A DNA stretch of 16,166 bases, from the NCBI GenBank assembly GCA_046758505.1, contig JBHIAH010000058.1, forward strand, positions 1 to 16,166, read 5' to 3'. Shown here piece by piece: positions 8,624-15,416 of the stretch. Within the stretch, counting starts at the first letter, position 1. Every line of letters starts with the position of its first letter. Both the position numbers and the translations under genes were made by a program. This stretch comes from Candidatus Methylomirabilales bacterium. GTDB taxonomy: Bacteria > Methylomirabilota > Methylomirabilia > Methylomirabilales > CSP1-5. The notes beneath the pieces are model-generated. The model was not told the origin of the DNA and made no database searches. It worked only from the letters and a program-made list of their open reading frames with translations.

Positions 8624-9745
8624 CTAGGCCTCCTTGCCCGCCAGGATGCGGACATCCTTGATCAGCTTGGCAAGCCCTTGCAGCACAATCAGGAGAGCGC
8701 CAATGGCCATGGTGCTCTTCACGGGCCAGTACTGAATCGCCCATTCGGTGAAGGAGACCTCCCAAATGTTGATGGCGTCCATCATGAAGATCCAGCCGGT
8801 CCACAGGAGGGCCCCGGTGAAAAGGAAGAAGAAGACCGACGTGATGATGTCAACGACCGCCCTGCCCCGCTTCGGCAGGTACACGTAGAGGACGTCGACA
8901 CGCACGTGGGCGTCCTCGCTTAAAGCATAGCCGCCCGCGAGCAGGTATTGCATGCCGAACATGAGGAACATGCCCTCGTGGGCCCAGTTGGTGGGCGAAT
9001 TGAAGACGTAGCGGGCAAGAACCTCGTAGTAGTAGACGAATACCGCGATCAACGACCAATAACAGACGAAATGCCCGACCCATCCGTTGAGTGCGTCGAC
9101 GGCGTCGGTGAACCGTGAATGAACGCTAAGTGTGGGATCTTCGTGTGTGCCGGCGGGATGGACTTCTTCCAAGGCCGTCATGTCAACGGGTGCTGGGACC
9201 CCCTCACGCTCGGCGCAGCGGCGCGTGAGCCGAGGCAGGAGGAAGGCGTCGATCAACAACAGAATTGCGATTGCCAGTGCAAAGGCCCCTACGAACGTCT
9301 GCCAGAAATCGAAGTTTGCCGTGGAAGTGGCCATGTGGTCGGTGACGGCGGCAAGGGCCTGCTTCGCCTCGGCGAGTTTCTGGGCCGCACCCTCAATCCC
9401 TTTGGTTACGGCGGCCTGTGCACGCTCAAGGTCAAATTCGGCCGCGAGCAAGACGTTTCGCGCCTGGGAAACGGCGTCCCGCACTCGACTCCCCTGCATG
9501 TTGCCGTAGAGGATCGTCATGAAGAGCGGAATGTAGACCACCCCGAGTCGGCTCCGCAGATAAAAGCGGTGAAGCCCCACGAAGCCGCCCGTCAGCCAGA
9601 GCATGTAGGAGATGGCAAGGGATATCCCACCGGCGGGCATTCCTCTCCGCTTCTGCCGCCGGATCGTGTACATGGCAAACAGCGGGATCAGGATCAGCCC
9701 CGACCAGTAGAACCAGTGGGGGAGGACAAAGGTCAGGTCCGGCAT
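8624..9745 (-). CDS. dctQ: TRAP transporter small permease (DctQ) with N-terminal TM2-like and helical extension (373 aa)
   Basis: The C-terminal ~165 aa are DctQ (YEVLARYVFNSPTNWAHE, HVRVDVLY, WPVKSTMAIGALL-x2-LQG). The N-terminal ~205 aa include SYMLWLTGGFVGLHRFYLR (TM2 pattern). Confidence 0.9.
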   Translation of the reverse strand: MPDLTFVLPHWFYWSGLILIPLFAMYTIRRQKRRGMPAGGISLAISYMLWLTGGFVGLHRFYLRSRLGVVYIPLFMTILYGNMQGSRVRDAVSQARNVLLAAEFDLERAQAAVTKGIEGAAQKLAEAKQALAAVTDHMATSTANFDFWQTFVGAFALAIAILLLIDAFLLPRLTRRCAEREGVPAPVDMTALEEVHPAGTHEDPTLSVHSRFTDAVDALNGWVGHFVCYWSLIAVFVYYYEVLARYVFNSPTNWAHEGMFLMFGMQYLLAGGYALSEDAHVRVDVLYVYLPKRGRAVVDIITSVFFFLFTGALLWTGWIFMMDAINIWEVSFTEWAIQYWPVKSTMAIGALLIVLQGLAKLIKDVRILAGKEA

Positions 9746-9795
9746 GGAAACGTGTCCCGTCCTCTGCGAAGGCAGAACATCGGAAGAGTACGTAA

Positions 9796-9829
9796 GAAAG
9801 GGGCCGCCGCATCCGCGGGGGCCCCTTTC
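9796..9829 (-). terminator. Stem-loop downstream of dctP1 (partial terminator or mRNA stabiliser)
   Basis: GAAAGGGGCC-n-CCGC / 4-nt loop / GCGG-n-GGCCCCTTTC: 14 pairs with one mismatch, ending TTTCTT on the minus strand, between dctP and dctQ. Confidence 0.7.
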
Positions 9830-9873
9830 CCTCTTGGGTTTTGGTCACCGCAACGGGAGTACCCGGTTCCGGT

Positions 9874-11022
9874 TTACGCGTACCTGAGCTTTTGACCCTT
9901 GATCATGTCCGGAGTCACGTAGCCCAGGCTCCCCGACATCATATAGTCGAGCTGGATCTTGAAGATCCGGGCCGCGTCCTTATCCTTGTTCGCCCATTCG
10001 TACCAGCGGGGGACCGCCAGCTTGGTGAACTTCCCCACGTCTTCCTCCGAGAGGCGCGTGACCACGGTGCCGGCATCCTCGAATTTCTTCCAGGCCTCCT
10101 GGTCGGCCTTCTGGATGCCGGCGAAGTGCAGGTTGGAGTACACCTGCACCTCGTCCTCGACAAACTGCTTCATCTTCGGCGAGAGCTTATTCCACGCCTT
10201 CATGCCGACGGTGAGGTCCATCAGGTCGACCGGTTGATAGATCGACATGAAGCCCGGCGGGCCCATCGAGATGTACTTCGTCACCTGATGGAAGCCGAGC
10301 GCGTAGTTGATGGCCGGACCCACGTAATCGGCCACGTCGATGGTGCCTTTCTCCAGCGCCGGGAAGATCTCGCTCCCCGGCAGCAGCGTGGTCTTGGCGC
10401 CCGCATCCTGGAAGAGCTGGGCCACCATCCCGCCGGGCACACGCATCTTGCGGCCTCGGAAGTCATCGATCGAGCGGATCGGCACCTTGGAGTGGATGAT
10501 GTTCGGACCGTGCTGGATGTGACCCACGTAATACATGTTGAACTTCTTGAAGAGCCCGCGGGTGATCTCGCGGCCCCCCAAGGCGTAGAAAAACACGTCC
10601 CATTCACCAGGGTTACGGAGGCCGAGCGGGTAGGAGCTCATGAACACCGACGCCGGCATCCGCCCCGCCCAGTAGAGCGTGAACGGGTTCATGGCCTCGA
10701 GGACGCCGTGCTGGACCGCATCGAAGAGCTGCCAGGCACCGACGACCTCTTTCGCGCCAAAGGGCTTGAAGGCCAGCTCGCCGCCGGTCTTCTCGACGAC
10801 GCCGTTGCACCACTTCTTGAAAAGCTCCAGCCCGATCCCCCCGGGCCAGGAGGTCTGGATCTTCCACGTCGTCGTCTTCGCCTTGGCGGTTCCGAGATAG
10901 GGAAATCCCACTACGGCCGTGGCAGCCCCGCCCGCGACCGCCGCCGTCTTCAGGAACTTACGCCGGGATACCTCCTGAGTGTCCTGTTGCCTTTTCTCAT
11001 CTTTTTCCATCCTCTTACTCAT
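9874..11022 (-). CDS. dctP: TRAP substrate-binding protein, lactate-binding type, Tat-exported (382 aa)
   Basis: Tat motif SRRKFLK with a hydrophobic stretch and AKA cleavage site. WKIQTSW, MNPFTLYWAGRMP, KMRVPGG, ADYVGPA, QPVDLMD and AGIQKA match my recollection of the Thermus thermophilus lactate/Ca2+-binding protein TTHA0766. RBS aaggagg. Confidence 0.93.
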   Translation of the reverse strand: MSKRMEKDEKRQQDTQEVSRRKFLKTAAVAGGAATAVVGFPYLGTAKAKTTTWKIQTSWPGGIGLELFKKWCNGVVEKTGGELAFKPFGAKEVVGAWQLFDAVQHGVLEAMNPFTLYWAGRMPASVFMSSYPLGLRNPGEWDVFFYALGGREITRGLFKKFNMYYVGHIQHGPNIIHSKVPIRSIDDFRGRKMRVPGGMVAQLFQDAGAKTTLLPGSEIFPALEKGTIDVADYVGPAINYALGFHQVTKYISMGPPGFMSIYQPVDLMDLTVGMKAWNKLSPKMKQFVEDEVQVYSNLHFAGIQKADQEAWKKFEDAGTVVTRLSEEDVGKFTKLAVPRWYEWANKDKDAARIFKIQLDYMMSGSLGYVTPDMIKGQKLRYA

Positions 11023-11225
11023 AGCCCCCCTCCTTATGTGCTTGGGACCGCGGTCAGCCGCATCCCCAAAAAGACCAGGTCCCTTCCCCCTGGTCCCCCC
11101 AGTGTGCCCTCCCTCTCCCCTGTCTCCCGGGCTACGGAGACTCGAGAGACCGGGAGGAGTCCTATGGCCTTCAGAACGCTCTTCCTCCTGGTCCGCAGGA
11201 GACAGCCGGACCCCGAAATTTTCGC

Positions 11226-11316
11226 ACGGTGAAATACCGTTATAAATCTCAAATTATTTCTGGTACCGGTGTTTCTACTGCAAGGATTACACCTATGTCA
11301 AGTAAAAAAGTGTCAA
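11226..11316 (-). promoter_or_regulatory. Putative promoter/operator region of TRAP system 1
   Basis: AT-rich island with two minus-strand TTGACA hexamers (11311-11316, 11296-11301). Candidate -10 boxes are TGTAAT (11286-11291) and TAGAAA (11272-11277). Inverted repeat ACGGT-N5-ACCGT at 11226-11240. Confidence 0.5.
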
Positions 11317-11679
11317 GGAGTTATCTAGTAACCAACCGTTCCGAAAGCCGTTCTAGAATACGATCACCGCTTCGGGAGCTGCCCTACCTCATGTTTGCTC
11401 AGGATCCTCATGGCATCGCAAGTGCGAGCTGGAGCGGCATTGCGTGCTGGCCCATGCAGACAAATCGATATGACCCTCGTCATGGAAACGCCACCGGCCC
11501 AAGAAATATTCCCGCATCACATGGGGGGCCTTCCTGCTTCTCTAGCGAGAGATCCAGCGAACTGGGGAAGAGTAGGTTCTTGAAGGAGCCAGGAGGCTTA
11601 GGAGGGTATGTAGAGTACGCTGGGGGGTGCGGCGGCAGGCACAGCCATAACTTCCTGGACGGGCCAGTGGAGGGACCGG

Positions 11680-11856
11680 TTATTTCTCGTTCTTGCCCTT
11701 GCCTGCTCTCATATTCTCGATGAACTGGATCACAAGCAGGCCGAAGACCGCAATGAAGATGACCGCGAGCGGAAGTGCCATGAGGGAGAAAAGGTAGAAA
11801 CTAAAGAAGACAGCGACCAACACAATTGCGATGAGCCCGGCAATCAAATCGTCCAC
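11680..11856 (-). CDS. Small two-helix membrane protein, 58 aa (not in the ORF track)
   Basis: Hand translation from GTG 11856 to TAA 11680: MDDLIAGLIAIVLVAVFFSFYLFSLMALPLAVIFIAVFGLLVIQFIENMRAGKGKNEK. GGGAGG/GAGG upstream, and an in-frame stop just upstream fixes the start. Two hydrophobic segments and a basic tail; co-oriented after the amidase. Confidence 0.8.
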   Translation of the reverse strand: MDDLIAGLIAIVLVAVFFSFYLFSLMALPLAVIFIAVFGLLVIQFIENMRAGKGKNEK

Positions 11857-11961
11857 GAGACCTCGAAGCCTCCCTCAATCTTTCTGTTTGGATTGATGAT
11901 GCCTCACCACCCCCGGCTCAGCGGGGAAACCGGCCTGTCAGGCCGTCCTCCCCTTCCCCCC

Positions 11962-13287
11962 CTACTTGCCGACGAGGTTGACGAGCCATCGAGCCGTTCG
12001 CAATAGCTGGGCGTCGTCCTCTCTCAGCGCCACCAGTTGTGCCCCCATCGGCAGACCGTGGGTACCCTGGAGGATGGGAACAGTGATCGCCGGCATTCCA
12101 CATAGGGTCCAGATGGTGCAGAAGATCGGGCTCCCTGTCGATTCGAGGCCGAGAGGGGCCTCCCCAGTGGCGGCGGGGGTGAGAATCGCATCACACCAGT
12201 CGAACATGCCCTCGAGCGCGTGGTTCAGGACCGATATCTGGCCCACCGCGTCGTTGTAATCCACGGCCAAGACCTTTTGTCCCCGCTCGATCATCTCTCG
12301 GAGGGTGGGGCTCAGCTTGTCTTTCCCCCGGGCGTATTCCCGTTCGAAGCTTCTGGCCAGGTCCGCTTCCATGATCGTCCGATGCCATCCGACCGCGTCA
12401 TGGAAAATGTCCGGCAGCTCGAACTCGCTCACGTTTTCGCCCAGGTGCTCGACCAGCTCCGCGAACGCTTCCTTCGTGTCCTCGTCGGCGTGGTCCCAGA
12501 CGGGGGTCCTGACGAAGCCCAGGCGGGGCGGGACCGGAGGCTCCTCGGCCGCCGCCTCGGCGAGCCTGGGCCGGGCCCGCGGCCGCGTATCGGGATCGCG
12601 GTCGTCGTAGGCGATGAGCTGCTCCGCAATCAGGGCGGCATCCTCAACCGTGCGCGCGAACACCCCGACCTGATCCAGGTGCCGCGACTGCTGCAGCACC
12701 CAATGTCGGGAAATGAGCCCATGCGTCGGCTTGTAGCCGACCACACCGCAGTAGGACGCCGGACGGATGACCGAGCCGTTGGTCTGCGTCCCGATGGCGA
12801 GCGGGACCATACACGTCGCCACGGCCGCGGCAGAGCCGCTCGAGGAGCCGCCGGGGGTGCGCCCGGGATCGTGGGGGTTACGGGTCTTGCCCGGCGCGTA
12901 GACGGCAAGCTCGGTGGTGACGGTCTTGCCCATGATAATCGCCCCCGCCGCGCGGAGTAAGGCAACCGCCGTGGCGTCCTTGCCCGGCTGGCGCCCGGCG
13001 TGGAGCACCGTGCCGTCCTCGGTCGGCATGTCCATCGTGTCGAAGATGTCCTTGACGCCCACCGGGATGCCGTGCAGCGCGCCGAGGGCCTTCCCGGCCT
13101 GGCGAGTCAGATCCGCCTCGCGCGCCTGTTGCAGGGCGTGCTCGGGGTCCAAATGGGCCCAGGCACCGACCCGCTCTTCGAGCGCGGCGATGTGATCGAG
13201 ACAGGCCGCCACCAGCTCCTCCGACGTCATCTTGCCGACCCGGATTGCCTCGCCCGCCTCGGCGGCGCTCATCCGCACGACATCCAT
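11962..13287 (-). CDS. Amidase signature family enzyme, malonamidase E2-like (441 aa)
   Basis: PVGVKDIFD (catalytic Lys), GKTVTTE, RTPGGSSSGSAAAVA (cis-Ser), GTQTNGSVIRPASYCGVVGYKPT (nucleophile Ser) and GLPMGAQLV. RBS gagggg. Confidence 0.93.
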   Translation of the reverse strand: MDVVRMSAAEAGEAIRVGKMTSEELVAACLDHIAALEERVGAWAHLDPEHALQQAREADLTRQAGKALGALHGIPVGVKDIFDTMDMPTEDGTVLHAGRQPGKDATAVALLRAAGAIIMGKTVTTELAVYAPGKTRNPHDPGRTPGGSSSGSAAAVATCMVPLAIGTQTNGSVIRPASYCGVVGYKPTHGLISRHWVLQQSRHLDQVGVFARTVEDAALIAEQLIAYDDRDPDTRPRARPRLAEAAAEEPPVPPRLGFVRTPVWDHADEDTKEAFAELVEHLGENVSEFELPDIFHDAVGWHRTIMEADLARSFEREYARGKDKLSPTLREMIERGQKVLAVDYNDAVGQISVLNHALEGMFDWCDAILTPAATGEAPLGLESTGSPIFCTIWTLCGMPAITVPILQGTHGLPMGAQLVALREDDAQLLRTARWLVNLVGK

Positions 13288-13336
13288 CTTCCCCTCGATC
13301 GGTATGATTCCTCACAATACCCGGCGGCGCCCGGTC

Positions 13337-14689
13337 CTACCGAATGACGCCGTACACCAGGTCAGGCAGCCAAAACGCAATCACCGGGAAATTGTAGAGA
13401 ATGACCATGGAAATCAGCACCATCGCCAAAAAGGGCAACGCCCCCTTGAAGATCGTGGTGAGCTGGATCTCCGGTGGCGCAATCCCCTTGAGGTAGTAAC
13501 ACGACATCGCCATCGGCGGCGTCAGAAACGAGGTCTGGAGGTTGAGTGCCACGAGGATCCCGAAGAAGAGCGGGTCGATCTTGAACGGCTCCAGCAAGGG
13601 CAGGAAGATCGGCACGAAGATGATGATGATCTCGCTCCACTCGAGCGGCCAGCCGAGCAAGAAGATGATGAACTGCGCCATGATGAGGAAATGCACCGGC
13701 GACAGGTTCAGGCCCAGCACGAACTCCTTAATCCACGTATGGCCGCCGAGGTAGGAAAAAACCGAGGAGAAGGTCCAGGACCCGACGAACAGCCAGCACA
13801 CCATGGCCGACGTGCGCACGGTGAGAAACACCGATTCCTTCAGGCGATCCCACGTCAGTTCGCCATAGGAGGCAGCCATGGCCAGGGCGCCGAAGGCGCC
13901 CACCGACGCCGCCTCCGTCGGCGTCGCCAACCCGAACAAGATGGCGCCCAGCACCGACAGGATCAGGACGGCCAGCGGCACGAAGCCGGTCACGATCATA
14001 TAGGCGAGCTCCGAGAAAGGGATATCCCACTGCTCCCGCGGCGGCTTCGGGGCCAGCTTGGGATTCAGGACCGCGCGCCCCATCACGTAGATGATATAGA
14101 GGCCGGTCAGCAGGAACCCGGGGAGAAACGCCCCGGCGTAGAGCCGTACGACCGAGACCCCGGAGACCGCCCCGTAAACGATCAGCATGATGCTCGGCGG
14201 AATGAGAATGCCCAGGCATCCGCCGGCACAGATGACGCCCGCCGCCAGCTCGCTGTCGTAGCCGGCCTTGAGCAAGGCCGGGAACGCGAGCAAGCCCATC
14301 AGTGTCACCACGGCCCCGACGATGCCGACCGCGGTGGCAAAGATCGCGCAGGTCAAGAGGGCCGCCACCGCCATCGCGGCCGGCACACGGCGAGCCGCGA
14401 TATTCAGGCTGTAGAACAGCCGGTCGATGATGTTGGCCCGCTCGACGACGTAGCCCATCATGAGAAACAGCGGCACCGCGACCAGCACGTCATTGATCAT
14501 GACCGAGTAGGTCTGGTTCACCAGCAGGTCGAAGATCCGATTATGGAGGATCTCCTGGCCCGGTACGTAATAGGCGTAATAGCCGAAGCCGACGCCCATG
14601 GCGACGAGGGTGAAGGCAATGGGGAAGCCCAGGAGGATGAAAAAGATGAAGGACGCCAGCATCAGCATGGCGACTTGCGGGTCGGTCAT
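13337..14689 (-). CDS. dctM: TRAP transporter large permease subunit, system 2 (450 aa)
   Basis: Motifs LVAVPLFLMMG, GGCLGILIPPSIMLIVYG, GLATPTEAASVG and NLQTSFLTPP. ATGA overlap with the dctQ stop. Confidence 0.95.
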   Translation of the reverse strand: MTDPQVAMLMLASFIFFILLGFPIAFTLVAMGVGFGYYAYYVPGQEILHNRIFDLLVNQTYSVMINDVLVAVPLFLMMGYVVERANIIDRLFYSLNIAARRVPAAMAVAALLTCAIFATAVGIVGAVVTLMGLLAFPALLKAGYDSELAAGVICAGGCLGILIPPSIMLIVYGAVSGVSVVRLYAGAFLPGFLLTGLYIIYVMGRAVLNPKLAPKPPREQWDIPFSELAYMIVTGFVPLAVLILSVLGAILFGLATPTEAASVGAFGALAMAASYGELTWDRLKESVFLTVRTSAMVCWLFVGSWTFSSVFSYLGGHTWIKEFVLGLNLSPVHFLIMAQFIIFLLGWPLEWSEIIIIFVPIFLPLLEPFKIDPLFFGILVALNLQTSFLTPPMAMSCYYLKGIAPPEIQLTTIFKGALPFLAMVLISMVILYNFPVIAFWLPDLVYGVIR

Positions 14690-15309
14690 TGCGTCTCCCC
14701 CTGGGCCTTGCCAGCCTGCTCAGCCGCCGCCCGCGCCTCTGCCTCGGCCTTTTTCTCCCGGATGAGCTTGTCCATCTCCTCCACATCGGACAGCCGCTTG
14801 GGCCACTGCCCGGTCCGGAGACACTGGACACAGCGAATGGCCTCCGCGATCCCCTGCAGGAGCAAAAAGAACGCGGCGAGGGGGAGCACGACCTTCAGGG
14901 GATACACCGGCACCCCCGCGGGGCTGTTGATGCTGGCCTCCCGCCACCCGACGGACTCGGACGCGTAGTCGTAGCCCGCATAGACCAGCGCCAGGACACC
15001 GGGCATGAAGAACAGAAAGTAGAGCGTCAGCTCGATCCCCGCCTGCACCCGCGGCGGCCAGAGGCGATAGACCACGTCTCCCCGCACATGGGCGTCCTGC
15101 GACAGCGCGTACGCCCCGGCCATCATGAACAGCGCCCCGTACATGGTGTAGCTGATGTCGAACGCCCACGTGGTCGGATTGCGCAACACGTAGCGAACAA
15201 ACACCTCGTACGTCACCCCGAAGGTCAGCACCAGGATGCACCAGGCGAAGGCATGCCCCACCCGCATACTCAACCGATCGATAAATAAAAGCATCCGCTC
15301 CAACCGCAT
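14686..15309 (-). CDS. dctQ: TRAP transporter small permease subunit, system 2
   Basis: Motifs YEVFVRYVLRNPTTWAFD, HVRGDVVY and PVYPLKVVLP-x6-LLQG. ATG at 15309 is preferred over GTG at 15315 because it is better spaced from the gagaggg RBS. Confidence 0.92.
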   Translation of the reverse strand: MRLERMLLFIDRLSMRVGHAFAWCILVLTFGVTYEVFVRYVLRNPTTWAFDISYTMYGALFMMAGAYALSQDAHVRGDVVYRLWPPRVQAGIELTLYFLFFMPGVLALVYAGYDYASESVGWREASINSPAGVPVYPLKVVLPLAAFFLLLQGIAEAIRCVQCLRTGQWPKRLSDVEEMDKLIREKKAEAEARAAAEQAGKAQGETQ

Positions 15310-15343
15310 CGGCACCCTCTCACAGGGCCCCGGGGGGCCTCAC

Positions 15344-15383
15344 GTAGGTGGGGCGGCGCCTCCCAGCGCCGCCCCACACCTAC
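15344..15383 (-). promoter_or_regulatory. Strong intercistronic stem-loop downstream of dctP2
   Basis: GTAGGTGGGGCGGCGC / 6-nt loop / GCGCCGCCCCAC(AC)CTAC: 16-bp stem with a 2-nt bulge. No U tract, so more likely an mRNA stabiliser than a terminator. Confidence 0.65.
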
Positions 15384-15416
15384 TTAGACCGCTCCTGTCA
15401 CCTACAACCCAGTGTC

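Noticed and set aside
11042..11230. Known riboswitch (for example glycine) in the dctP1 leader
   Set aside because: Consensus elements are not present in the right order; kept only as an unknown structured leader.
11034..11723. ORFs 11034..11252, 11229..11723 and 11395..11583
   Set aside because: Atypical codon use, no convincing RBS or motifs, and the first two run across the leader or promoter region. Bases 11340-11680 remain unexplained intergenic DNA.
11962..13287. gatA annotation for the amidase
   Set aside because: No gatB or gatC nearby, and the QTNGSVIRP motif differs from GatA SDTGGSIRQPA.
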